Shown here piece after piece: positions 1 to 12,835 of a stretch of DNA of 64,000 nucleotides. Within the stretch, counting starts at the first letter, position 1, and each line of letters begins with the position of its first letter. The notes below the pieces were generated by a model, which did not search any database, was not told where the DNA came from, and saw only the letters and a list, made by a program, of their open reading frames with translations. The DNA comes from Eledone cirrhosa (lineage: Eukaryota): contig OZ024741.1 of the NCBI GenBank assembly GCA_964016885.1, forward strand, positions 215,574,001-215,638,000, written 5' to 3'. The position numbers were made by a program, and so were the translations under genes.

Positions 1-300
1 TATACTTGGGGAGGGTCATATTGTTGTAATAATATTGCCAGAATTAATAAAAGAACACACTCACTGTTTGGTTGGTTTTCGCTTCTGTATCTTTTATATC
101 AGTTAATTTATTCGGTCATCAATGTTTACCATTGACTGACCAACGGTCAAAAATACAGATATAATATAGACACAAACACATATATATAGTCTAACAAAGT
201 TCTTTCGTTGCACATCTGCAACATCGTCAGTGGTGCTATTATGTTTCCTCCTGTTGTATTTTATGTCTACGCCATCTTTATTTAATCTGTTTATTTATTT
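1..300 (-). mobile_element. Penelope-like pseudo-LTR fragment, relative of the 44437-49185 family, with a degenerate HHR at ~194-234
   Basis: Near-identical to 57928-58160. Begins tatacttgggggagggtcat, like the 44.4/48.5 kb pLTRs. Minus strand reads CUGACGA-U-GUUGCA-gaug-UGCAAC-GAAA-GAAC-UU-UG. Confidence 0.65.
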
Positions 301-379
301 CATTATTTCATTATTTATTTTCTTCTTCTTCTCTGCGCATGAGTTTGCGTGTGTGTATAGCGTTTGATGTGTATATAAT

Positions 380-535
380 ATATAACTGAACAAAAAAGAA
401 GATCGAACACAGACATATACATATATATATATATCTGTGTTCGATTTTCTTTCTTGTTCAGTTATATTATACGGCTCGGAAAAACCTCTTTTCTAGAGCT
501 AATTTATTGTAAGAGACTATTTTGAGTTTCTAACT
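380..535. repeat. Fragment with short inversion of the 520-bp retrozyme-like family at 31068-31942
   Basis: ttcagttata...tacggctcggaaaaa...ctagagctaatttattgtaagagactattttgagtttctaactcaata matches 31411-31503. Confidence 0.75.
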
Positions 536-548
536 CAATAGATGCCTT

Positions 549-621
<73 letters not shown>

Positions 622-923
622 TGTGTGAATAAAATTCTTGATTAACTTGTGCTTCATAGGTAAATATAAAGACAAAAAGAGTCGTGGTGAAACTGAAATG
701 GAAGATTTGAGTGCAAGTATGAACATTGGAGAGTTTTGGTGGTGTGATAGGTGTGGTACTGGTTGTGATGGTGGTTATGGTAGTGATATTAATGTTTGTG
801 GTACAATGGGATGCAAACATGGCCTTCCGGAGGACACCAGTGGCTTCGGTTAAGTTGTAACTTTGTTTATGATGACCTACCCAAAACTTTGCTAGCAGGG
901 AAGACGCATGTTAAATGTTGATA

Positions 924-1003
924 ATAATTGTTTCTACTTTTGGCACAAGGCCAACAAAGACCCAGTGCATTACTGGTACTTTATTTCGTCGACCGCGTAA
1001 AAG
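924..1003 (-). mobile_element. SINE 3' fragment (same family as 18625-19240)
   Basis: Reverse complement gives gtcgacgaaataaagtaccagtaatgcactggg...ggccttgtgccaaaagtagaaacaatt. Confidence 0.75.
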
Positions 1004-1224
1004 GTGGCATCTTATCCTACGAACAATCTTCCGGTTCCGTGGGTATGTGTCCTTCATCTGAGATGCTACATGATGTGAACCTTCTCTAAAGGTGGTTGTG
1101 TTTGTCATGGTGGTGTCGTCGTTGTTGTCATGCTAGTGGTGTTCGTTTTGGTGGTCTCTCTTCTTCTTTCACCTCCTTCTCGCCTCTCTCTAACTTTATT
1201 TTTCCTCCCAAATTATCTAGGTGT

Positions 1225-1590
1225 GAACGATTTGGCCACTACATCACGTCTCATAGGTAGATAGTACCGTCATGACACCTTTGGGCAGCTGCTTATGACA
1301 TGTGTGATATCTTCGATGTTAATTCTGCAGAGTCTGCACTTGTTATCACATCTAGGTGTTTTGCCTACATCCCTATTGCTTTTATAGATCAGGTATTTTG
1401 TATTGATTTCCTGTTGTTGGTTTGCAAAAGCATATCCTTCAATATGGGAGCCAATATAGCGGTTGTTGGTCCAAGATAGACTACTTTCCTTATCTATATT
1501 ACTCTCACTCGGTAGCTTCCTGGCAACATATCCGTGCATGATTTTTTGCTGATAAACATGCAGTTTTCGATCCATAGATACATTGCGGTA
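1225..1590 (-). pseudogene. R4/Dong-type non-LTR retrotransposon fragment (CCHC zinc knuckle upstream of restriction-like endonuclease)
   Basis: ORF 1270-1575 reads EGYAFANQQQEINTK...CRLCRINIEDITHVISSCPK, then a stop, then RYYLPMRRDVVA (RHD-like motif). Confidence 0.75.
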
Positions 1591-2430
1591 TTGCTGAGAA
1601 ATGTCCTAAAATTTTGAGTTTTTTATTATTATCCAGGGAGTATATTTCAAGGAGTTCCTTCCCAACTCTCATGATCTTATCTATCTCATGCAGACAGACT
1701 GCCGGTTTCTCACAGAGATAAGACTCTTTCATTGGAATATAGACATCAACTTGGTAAATACGAATGTATATCTGTATGTGTTTGTGTATATGTGTGTGTG
1801 TGTGTGCGTATGTGTGTGTGTGTGTATGTGTGTGTGTGAGTGAGTGTGTGAGAGAGAGGGAGTGCATGTGTGTGTGTGAGTGTGTGTGTATGTGTGTACA
1901 GGTATGGATGTTATTGTATGTGTGCAGCTATATGTTTTGAGTTATATATGTAGACGTAGATAGATGTTTGTGTCTATACATATGTAAACGCAGTTATTAC
2001 ATGCAGAATTTCTTAAATGTTTTATATATGTTTACAGCTCTATTAATGCAACTTCCTAACTAGCCAAGAACTTTCTAGTTCTGTGTAACCCAGTTTCTCG
2101 AGATTTGTACTGAAGTTGTTAGTAACATATCTAAGAGCCCCAACAACCAGAGGTAAAAATCTAAAGGAATAGACAGGGTGGAGTATCTACTGTATGTATG
2201 TGTGTATGTATCTGCTGTATGTATGTATCTGTCTTATGTATGAATGTATGTATGTATGCATGCATGCATGCGTGTATTTAAATGTATGTGCGAACTACAT
2301 GTATATGTGTAAGCCAGGTAACCAAGTTTGTTTAAACCAAACTTATTCGTTCGCACCTTTTTCCACTTTAAAGCATTGAACATGCATTTTATTATTTAAT
2401 TTCTTTTTTAGCTTCTTTCTTTACTATCAC

Positions 2431-2506
<76 letters not shown>

Positions 2507-2663
2507 AAGTTTACTTGAAGCATTGTGGAACAATTCTACACATCTCACACATTTTATACACACCACGCATCTCAACGTACACCCACTTACATATCTCTCT
2601 CTCCACCACCGGATCTTGTTACCCGGAGATTTACCCATTTGCATTGTCGAGGCTTCCAAACGA

Positions 2664-2715
<52 letters not shown>

Positions 2716-2844
2716 GTAATTCCGTCGGAAAAGTCCAGGAAAAAAGAGTGCTCTATGTAGGTAATTCTTCCTTCTCCAGCCTCACTTTCATATAGATTGC
2801 ATTTTTGTTTTTAAAATCCAAATTCAATAAACAGACCAGGATTT

Positions 2845-2904
2845 TTTCATTCTGAGGATTGAAAGCAAAATCTTTTGCTTTTAAGAAACCACTGGTAAAT
2901 GGAA
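2845..2904 (+). ncRNA. Type I hammerhead ribozyme motif
   Basis: UUCAUU-CUGAGGA-UUGAAAGCAAAA uc UUUUGCUUUUAA-GAAA-CCAcUGG-UA-AAUGGA. All three helices pair; predicted GUA cleavage after 2897. Confidence 0.8.
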
Positions 2905-2974
2905 TAATTGCCTTATGTTGTTTATTACATAACTATATATATATATATATATATATATAAAGTATAAAGTATTT

Positions 2975-3220
2975 CTTAAGCCAGAAGGCTCATTTGAAAG
3001 GTGCTTATGCCGGTTTCATGGCGTACAGGACTCCCACTCAGAAAGACGCCAGCCCATTGCAGGGTTAAAGCCCTAGCTATTGCTGCTACTCATTTTTAGA
3101 TCTGTAAACTGGAGCAACGTGACACGAAATGTTTTCCTCAAGAACACAACACACAACCCAGGAATCGAAACTCACGACGTTACGATCGTAAGTCCAACAC
3201 CCTTACCACTCGGCCACTCG
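2975..3220 (-). mobile_element. tRNA-derived SINE
   Basis: Minus-strand head agtggccgagtggtaagg (A box)...gagtttcgattcctggg (B box), followed by gtgttcttgaggaaaacatttc body. Confidence 0.7.
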
Positions 3221-3243
3221 CCTCCACTCGCACACATATATAA

Positions 3244-3313
<70 letters not shown>

Positions 3314-3614
3314 GTGTGTGTGCGCGCAAAAATTAAAAGGAAAACACAACACTGTACAATGAAGAAGTATAATAATTTAACGCTTAATATAGTAGGAGGA
3401 ATAGAGACTTGACATTTCGGACACCAGTCCTTCATCAGAACATAGAATGAGAAACAGAAGATATAACAAAGAGATAGAGTGTGACAAGAGGTTGGAACGA
3501 AAAAATATATATAGGTATTTTTAGAAAAAGCACGTATATATATATATATATATATATATATAATCTTTGGTTTTTACCTAAATTGAAAATATATATATAT
3601 ATATTTATTAAATA

Positions 3615-3690
3615 ACAGATTAAAGTTTAAGCAAAGAATCGCTGCTTTCACCCTTAACGGGATCTTCTGAAACTAACAAAGTCAATCTGT
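3615..3690 (-). ncRNA. HHR-like motif with CAGAAGA core (family A pLTR)
   Basis: Reverse complement of 6720-6795. Confidence 0.65.
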
Positions 3691-4041
3691 AAACGCAGAA
3701 CTGGATATTTCAAAAAACGTTGCAACCGGAGGAAGACAGGAAGACGATAATTTGGTTCGTGGGAACGTTCGCTGGCAAAGAACGGGAAAAAACGAATAAT
3801 ACGTCATTAATAGGAGCGGTGAAAAACAATTACGCGCGAAGACAGAACCACGTTTATGGTATAAAAGAGGTCGTAGACTAATGTTCTCTTAGGTGGAGCA
3901 TAGAGACGTTCTCTGGCAATGAACGAAAAAACGAAGATAATAAGCCTTATGTGGAGCGTGGAGAACAATAGCACGCAAAGACAAAACCACGTAAATGGTA
4001 TAGCAGAAGTCGTAGACTAAAATTCTAAGGATTCTAACGCC

Positions 4042-5809
4042 GTGCACGTCCATTCCGACAAAACTGGCAACCTATATCAAGTGGAGCGCAGTACTTACCA
4101 TCAACTACTACATAATGCTGTAACTAAGGATTACCGTAAAACTAATCGGTGCGTCATCAATGAAATCAACGACGCTGGGTTTAAAATCACATCTGATCTC
4201 AACATCCTGGACCGGACCGAACCTCTGGACCCTATTTCGCCCCACTTTACCCTGAAGGATCACAAATCCAATTTTCCGAACAACCCCTCTATTCAGCTTA
4301 TTAACCCTACGAAGTCCGATTTAGGTAGACTTAGTAAAACGATTCTTGATAGAATTATACCTGAAATTAGAAGTTTGGCCCCTCTCGCACTGTGGAACAA
4401 TTCTTTCGCGGTGATTGATTGGTTCAACGGCATACGTAACAAGGAACATTGCCGTTTTATCCAATTCGACATCAACAATTACTACTCCTCCATCACTTTA
4501 CCACTTCTCCTTAGAGCTATCAATTTCGCTAAAACACTCACAGTGGTTAAGGATTTCGAAGTTGATGTCATCCTTAATGCCCGAAAGTCGGTGATTAATT
4601 TCGACGACTCTATTTGGATTAAAAAATCCAATAGTACTCCATTCGACGTGAGTATGGGCGCCAATGACTCTGCGGAGGTTACTGATCTTATTGGCCTTTT
4701 CCTCCTTTTCTCTATCAAGGACGAATTCCCCAACGCGGGCGGTGGTTTGTACCGTGACGATGGTCTTTTGACCATGACTAAGTGCGGACCTCGTGCTTGC
4801 GACAGGATCAGAAAAGAACTCACAGCCTTCTTTAAAGGCTTCAACCTCTCTATACAGGTTGAGGCCAATCTCTCGGTCGTTAATTACCTCGACGTTACCC
4901 TCAATTTATTGAATGGGTTGTATTACCCGTATAGAAAGCCGAATGATACGCTTAATTACATAAGTAAGCATTCCAACCATCCTGCCAGCATAACCAAGAA
5001 CCTGGTAAGAAACGTTTCGTTGAGGCTTTCCCGTCTTTCCACCAACGAGCGCATTTTCAACGACCATTCCACTTATTACAATGAAGCTCTTGCTCGAAGT
5101 GGATTTGTCGATAAGGTAGCAGAGTACGAAAATAGACCTAGAAGAAATAGATCCCGTCGCATTTGTTGGTTTAACCCACCATATAATATGGAGGTGGCCA
5201 CACCATTAGCTAAGATCTTTCTTTCCCTTATTACGAAGCATTTTCACCCTACACATAAATATAGTAAAATTTTTAATAGAAATACTATTAAAATTTCTTA
5301 ATCTACGACTCCTAACCTTGCACATAACATCACAGCTTCAAATTTAGGTAAACTACCTAACCGTAGGAACACGGGCAACCCTGTAGTTAGTACTAACTGT
5401 AATTGTAGGAATCGGGCTGATTGCCCCCTATCCGGGAAATGCCTCTCTAGTAACGTTGCCCCGTAGGGCCTACATAGGGTTAACCGCCAATAGTTTCAAG
5501 CAGCGTCTTTACATGCATACCCATTCTTTTCGTTACCCTCTAAGAAGGAATATGACGTCACTTTCAGCTTATATCTGGAGTCTAAAAGACAACCACACCC
5601 AATATAAGTTACACTGGGAGATCCTAGCTAGGGCTAGATCGTATAACGGAAATAAAAGACCATGTGACCTCTGCGCCGCTGAGGCCCTGGAAATACTCTA
5701 CGCCACAGACCACATCTTAAACAAAAAATCTGAGGCAATTTCGGCTTGTAAGCATAAATTGCACAAAACTTTCCTGTATTACAGCCCCACGTTACACCCT
5801 AACGGATAG
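4042..5809 (+). pseudogene. PLE reverse transcriptase plus GIY-YIG endonuclease, disrupted
   Basis: DKTGN, LKDHK, FDINNYY, MGANDSAEV, LYRDDG, WFNPPY, CNCRNRADCP, YIGLT..FKQR, CDLC, CKH. TAC>TAA at 5299-5301 and a deletion near 5455 relative to the 59814 copy. Confidence 0.92.
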
Positions 5810-6719
5810 TACGATCTATACGTGGATATTTTACGTCTTGATATGGGAGCTAAGTATATGTTTTGTTTATTCCTTTACTTATCTGCATAGGTAAGTATAT
5901 ATTACCCGTATGTTTTGTGAAGGTATGTATACCTTCTCGTACGTATATTTGATTGTTATGGCTTATAATTTTTATATTCTGGTATTTAGGGTTTGGCTAT
6001 GTGTATACGGGAGTTTTGCGTCTGCGTGAGTATGCAGGTTCGTACGTATGGTGGGTGTGTGTATATGTGTACTTCTTGTTTTAGTTGACTTACGTCTCCG
6101 AACATTCGTGTATTTATATGTAGGTATGTGTGTGCGCTTGTTATATACGTATTTATTTACTTATATACGTTTATATAATTATTTATTTATTTGTACACAA
6201 GCATACACAAACACACATATTTATATGTGCGTGGTTTTGTATACCTATGGTAAGGTTTTGCGTATGCTTGTGTATGTACGTACTTGTTTGTGTGTATGTA
6301 TTTATTTATTTCTATTACTTCTGTATTGTATTTATTTTCTTTGTTTTTAACTCTGTAGCAGAGATTCATTTGGTCTCCTAGCTAGAATTTTAGTCTACGA
6401 CTTCTGCTATACCATTTACGTGGTTTTGTCTTTGCGTGCTATTGTTCTCCACGCTCCACATATGGCTTATTATCTTCGTTTTTTCGTTCATTGCCAGAGA
6501 ACGTCTCTATGCTCCACCTAAGAGAACATTAGTCTACGACCTCTTTTATACCATAAACGTGGTTCTGTCTTTGCGCGTAATTGTTTTTCACCGATCCTAT
6601 TAATGACGTATTATTCGTTTTTTCCCGTTCTTTGCCAGCGAACGTTACCACGAACCAAAGTATCGTCTTCCTGTCTTCCTCCGGTTGCAACGTATTTTGA
6701 AATATCCAGTTCTGCGTTT

Positions 6720-6795
6720 ACAGATTGACTTTGTTAGTTTCAGAAGATCCCGTTAAGGGTGAAAGCAGCGATTCTTTGCTTAAACTTTAATCTGT
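6720..6795 (+). ncRNA. HHR-like motif with CAGAAGA core (family A pLTR)
   Basis: ACAGAUUGA..AGUUU-CAGAAGA-UCCC guuaa GGGU-GAAA-GCAG cgauucu UUGC-UU-AAACU-UUAAUCUGU. Helices I, II and III all pair. Confidence 0.7.
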
Positions 6796-6892
6796 TATTT
6801 AATAAATATTTGCTCTACGGTTCTTATATATTTGATATATATTTATCCTTATCGAGCTCTCTTTGGATTTTAGTCTTCAATTTTATTATTAT

Positions 6893-7275
<383 letters not shown>

Positions 7276-7301
7276 TAATCTTTGGTTTTTACCTAAATTG
7301 A

Positions 7302-7335
<34 letters not shown>

Positions 7336-7528
7336 TCAATATAGATAAAAACCTAGATTATAGTACAAATACTTTTATTAATTTCTGCGTCCGTTTCTAT
7401 TTAACGAAAGGTAATTGTAAACATCAATGACAATTTGAAGATTAATTTATTAAGCAATCAAATCAACAAACATTGCAATTACTTATCACAAATCTCCCCA
7501 GGAAATAAATATTAGATTTCGTGAATAA

Positions 7529-7616
<88 letters not shown>

Positions 7617-7655
7617 ATATATATATGTATATATATATATACATATATATATGCA

Positions 7656-7718
<63 letters not shown>

Positions 7719-7777
7719 AAGATATTTATACATATATATATACATATATATATACACATATATATACATATATATAT

Positions 7778-7900
<123 letters not shown>

Positions 7901-7996
7901 AATATATATATTGCTTGTGTTTATTTCTTTGTTGTTGGTGCTTCTATGTGTGTTTTGTCAATTATTTTTCACTAATTTATTAATTTTCTTTGTCCG

Positions 7997-8200
7997 TGAA
8001 GGAGCGTTGCTTAGTAGTTAGGGTATTCAGCTTCCTATTGCAAGTTTGTGAGTTAGGTTCCCGGTAGATACGATGTGCCCATTAGCAATATATTTATTTC
8101 CCATTACTCCAACCTCTAATTCAAAGGTTTAGCTTTGTCACACTGAATCTCCCGTGGAATTACAATGAAGGTACACGTCTCTGTAGAATCTTCAGCCTTT
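7997..8200 (+). mobile_element. Degraded tRNA-derived SINE
   Basis: Head gaaggagcgttgcttagtagttagggtattcagc...gtgagttaggttcccgg with decayed A/B boxes. Confidence 0.5.
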
Positions 8201-8411
8201 TCTAGAGACCGCATTAGGCGCCGTTTAGCTTTCCCTCTCTCTTTTTTAGTCTGTCTTTTTAGATAGATGCATAGCTATAACGTCGCGCGCTTATAATATC
8301 TGTCTGTATGTCTGGCTGACTGCATTACGACATTATGAAAATATTGACATCGCTATCTGTGTGTTTGTGTATATATGGATATATAGTGTGTATATATATG
8401 TATATAGCGTG

Positions 8412-8521
8412 TAACATTTTTCGAAATATTTACTTCTGCGTTCACAGATTGATTTTTTTAGTTTCAGATGATTCTGTTGAGGGTGAAAACAGCGAATCTT
8501 TGCTTAACCTTTAATCTGTTA

Positions 8522-8530
<9 letters not shown>
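8412..8530 (+). mobile_element. Diverged family A pLTR end with HHR-like motif (CAGAUGA core, 8444-8519)
   Basis: Aligns by eye to 6688-6803. Confidence 0.7.
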
Positions 8531-8574
<44 letters not shown>

Positions 8575-8789
8575 GTTAAAAATGTACATCCACATATGTA
8601 TACTGAAATACTAGTATGCATATGAATACACACACGTATACATATGTAGATGTACCAAGTTTTTCACTGGTCACTTTACTGTGAGTGTCCAGCTATTCTG
8701 TATGTAAACACACAGACAAACCGGTTTTTAGAGTCATACTGGTTTTTGAGGAAACACCTTTCCTCTATTCTCCAGAAAGCCAGACAAGG

Positions 8790-8834
8790 AATATTGAACT
8801 AGTTTCGTTGTTGTTACAACTCATCAGCAATATT
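8790..8834 (-). ncRNA. Minimal type I HHR
   Basis: Exact reverse complement of 9235-9279. Confidence 0.85.
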
Positions 8835-9234
8835 TACCTATCTTCCGGCCTTTCTGGAGAATCGTAAAAGCACATATCGTTATATGCTTTTTCTATGAAA
8901 ATTAGTAGTGGGCAGACTAATTTGCATAGAGTGTGAGTACGTACCGGTTCAACGGAGACGATAAAAACAAATAACGAAACGAAATTAAATTTCGTTTCGT
9001 TTGTAACTCACTTTTGTATGACTGACGCTTAAACAATTAAGCGTCAGTCATACAAAAGTGAGTTACAAACGAAACGAAATTTAATTTCGTTTCGTTATTT
9101 GTTTTTATCGTCTCCGTTGAACCGGTACGTACTCACACTCTATGCAAATTAGTCTGCCCACTACTAATTTTCATAGAAAAAGCATATAACGATATGTGCT
9201 TTTACGATTCTCCAGAAAGGCCGGAAGATAGGTA

Positions 9235-9279
9235 AATATTGCTGATGAGTTGTAACAACAACGAAACTAGTTCAATATT
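9235..9279 (+). ncRNA. Minimal type I HHR
   Basis: AAUAUUG-CUGAUGA-GUUG uaacaa CAAC-GAAA-CUAG-UU-CAAUAUU. Palindromic helix III (ACUAGU). Helix I extends (uucuccagaaag/cuuucuggagaa). Confidence 0.85.
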
Positions 9280-9649
9280 CCTTGTCTGGCTTTCTGGAGA
9301 ATAGAGGAAAGGTGTTTCCTCAAAAACCAGTATGACTCTAAAAACCGGTTTGTCTGTGTTTACATACAGAATAGCTGGACACTCACAGTAAAGTGACCAG
9401 TGAAAAACTTGGTACATCTACATATGTATACGTGTGTGTATTCATATGCATACTAGTATTTCAGTATACATATGTGGATGTACATTTTTAACTTAATTGT
9501 TTAAGCGTCAGTCATACAAAAGTGAGTTACAAACGAAACGAAATTTAATTTCGTTTCGTTATTTGTTTTTATACATATATATATATATATATATTCGTGT
9601 ACAGATATTTTTGCATACACAATAACAAAATATAAACAAGCATATTTAT

Positions 9650-9840
9650 TTCACGAGGCTCGATAAGGATGAATATATATCAAATATTTAAGAACCGTAG
9701 AGCAAATATTCTTCTCATTGCTGACGTATTATGTTCGCTATTTACCGTTCATTGCCAGGGAGCGGCTTCACGAACCAAAGTATCGTCTTCCTGTTTTCCT
9801 TCGGTTGCAACGTTTTTCGAAATATTTACTATTGCTTTCA
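9650..9840. mobile_element. Diverged family A pLTR fragment with inversion at ~9712
   Basis: 9655-9710 matches the reverse complement of 6805-6860; 9715-9830 matches 6598-6710. Confidence 0.7.
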
Positions 9841-10254
9841 TTGTACCATAGCACAACAAATACATGTTCAGCTTGTCAACTGCCTTTTTACTTACCCCTA
9901 TCGTCTTGGCTTTCGTGGGTTGAACATTTTACTGTCAGGCACCCAATTAAGTTAAGCCCCTGGTAATCTACGACGAATTATTTTATAAGCACAAAATGTA
10001 GACACCATGCCGAGGCCGTCGTATCCCGTACTTCTCTGTACTGTTTCAGAAAGGAGGGATAAACATGCCAATCTATGTTTAGAATCTCGGATTTCCTCAT
10101 TTCCACATTGGGACCAACGTTGTTGACCTCGTGGTGGGACCTGGAAACTGATTTCGATTAGATGAACGACAACAGCAATAGACTTATACACAAGAACAGA
10201 GAAACAAGAGAACTTCCACATTTCCGCATTTCCATAAAACCACATTGTCACAAT

Positions 10255-11715
10255 TCAACACTTCAACACTTCCACATTCCCACACATCCACACTTCCAGA
10301 CACTCACACTTCCACATTCCTACACATCCACACTTCTACACACCCACATTTCCACACTTCCACACCTCCAGATATTCACACACTTTCGAACTCCCACACT
10401 TCCACACTTCCACACTTCCAGACACTCAACCTTCCACACTTCCACACTTCCACACATCCACACCCTCACACTGCCACACATCCACACTCTCACACTTCCA
10501 CACACCTACACTCTCACACATCCGCATATCCACACTCTCACGCTTCCACACACCCTCACTTCCAGCCTCTCACACTCCTACACTTCCACATTCCCAGAAT
10601 TTCACACTACTAAACTCTCACACTCCCACACTCCCACACACCCACGCATCCATACTCTCAAACTTCCACACTCGCACACATCGACCCTCCCACACTCACA
10701 CGCTTCCACAAACATGTCCACAATCCCACACTTCCGTATTTCCACACTCTCACACATCCACACTCCCACACTTCCACACTCCCACACTTCCACACTACCA
10801 CACTTCCACACTTCCACTCTACCACACTCCTACTCTCCCACACCTCCACAGTATCACACTCCAAAATACCCGCACTCCTACACTCCCCCCACACACACTG
10901 CCACACTCCTACACACCCACACTCCCACACTTCCACACTCTCAAATTTCCACCCCCACCACACTTCTGCACTCTGACACTTCCACACTTCCACACTCTCA
11001 AACTTCCACACTCGCACACATCCACCCTGCCACATTTCGAAACTCCCACACATCCACCCTCCCACACTCTCACGCTTCCACAAACATGTCCACACGCCCA
11101 CACTTCCGCATTCCCACACTCTCACACATCCACACTCCCACACTCCCACACTTCCACACTTCCACACTTCCACACTACCACACTCCTACTCTCCCACACC
11201 TCCACATTTCCACACTGCCACACACCCACATATCCACACTTCAACTCTCCCACAATTCCACACGCCCACACTCCCACACTTCCAATTTCCCACTCTCCCA
11301 TACTTCCACACTCTCAAACTTCCACACTCGCACACATCCACCCTCCCACACTTTCAAACTCCCACACATCCACCCTTCCACACTCACACGCTTCCACAAA
11401 CATGTCCACACTCCCACACTTCCGCATTCCCACACTCTCACACATCCACACTCCCACACTTCCACACTCCCACTCTTCCACACTAGCACACTTCCACACT
11501 ACCACACTCCTACTCTCCCACACCTCCACACTATCACACTCCCACACACCCAAACACCCACACTCCCGCACTCCCACACACCCACACTCCACACACCCAC
11601 ACTCCCACATTTCCACACTCTCAAACATCCACACTCCCCCACACTACCACACTTGCACACTCCTCCACACTCCCCCACTACCACTCTCCCACACATCCAT
11701 ATTCCCCCTCCACTA
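10255..11715. repeat. Degenerate ~8-bp CCACACT(T/C) minisatellite with higher-order repeats
   Basis: Continuous ttccacac/ctcccaca units; cacgcttccacaaacatgtccac occurs three times. Confidence 0.9.
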
Positions 11716-11811
11716 CATATAGTAAAAATAAATTCTACCTTTTTGGTAAAAAATATTTCTTTTACTTCAGAACTCCCTGTTACCTTATACAGACATTACA
11801 ATGAGAGATTA

Positions 11812-12350
11812 GTGTGGTTGTTGTTGAATTTGTTATTGTTGTTGTGGTTGTTGTTATTGTGGTTGTTATTGCTGTTGTTGTGTCTGTTGTTGTTGTGGTT
11901 GTCGTGGTTGTTGTTGTGGTTGTTATTGTTATTGTTGTTGATGTGGCGGTTCTTGTGGTTGTTATTTTTGTTGTTTTTGTTGTGGTTGTTGTTGTGGTTG
12001 TTATGGTTGTTGGTGTGGTTGTTCTTGTGGTTGTTATTGTTGTTGTTGTTATTGTTGTTATTGTTGTTGAATCTGCTGTTGTTCTCCTTGTTGTTGTTGT
12101 TGCTGTTGTGTCTGCTGTTATTCCTGTTGTGGTTGTAGCTTTTTTTTGTCGTTGCTTTTTTTTGTTGTCATTGTTGTTATTCTTGTTGCTGATGTTGTTG
12201 TTGTTGTTTTCGTATTTTTTGTGTTTTTCATTGTTATTGTTCTTAATGTAGTTGAAACATGTTCTTTTAATTATCAATTTCGTAAAAATAACGCTACTCC
12301 TCCTCCTCCTCCTCCTCCTCCTCCTCCTCCTCCTCCTACTACTACTACTA

Positions 12351-12424
<74 letters not shown>

Positions 12425-12471
12425 TATACTGCTAATACTGCTATTGTTGCTGGTACTACAGTTACTAGTAT

Positions 12472-12525
<54 letters not shown>

Positions 12526-12700
12526 AACAACTAGTACTACTACTACTACTACTACTAATAATAATAATAATAATAATACTACTAATACTACTACTAATAC
12601 TACTAACGGTACAACTGCATGTACTACTACTATTGCTACAACAACTGAAGCAACCACAACTACTACCACTACCTCTACTACTACTACCACCACTACCCAA
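11812..12700. repeat. Compound trinucleotide microsatellites (GTT)n, (CCT)n, (ACT)n, (AAT)n
   Basis: Direct reading. Confidence 0.95.
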
Positions 12701-12835
12701 TCATACGTGTAACAGTATGAAACTTCTAAGATTCTGTTAAGATATCACCAGCCTTCCCCGCCCTTTCCCGGCGGAGTTGATGTCTTTTATATATATATAT
12801 ATACTGCTTCTTTTACGTTATTTTATGTATTTCAG

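Larger units (their letters stand above)
8569..9572. mobile_element. Retrozyme-like element: 464-bp unit as one inverted copy plus 1.15 tandem copies
   Basis: Palindrome centred at ~9035. gcgtcagtca recurs at 9041 and 9505. One HHR per unit, no credible ORF, (TA)n flanks. Confidence 0.85.

Noticed and set aside
3150-3220. tRNA gene
   Set aside because: The cloverleaf is incomplete and runs into a SINE body, so it is a SINE head.
3405-3445. HHR on minus (CUGAUGA-A-GGAC uggu GUCC-GAAA)
   Set aside because: Core and helix II are present but I could not pair helices I and III; at best a decayed motif.
10162-12138. 658-aa His/Thr/Pro then poly-Leu ORF
   Set aside because: It is an 8-bp-period C/A-rich satellite plus (GTT)n, stop-free by composition, with no splice or domain evidence.
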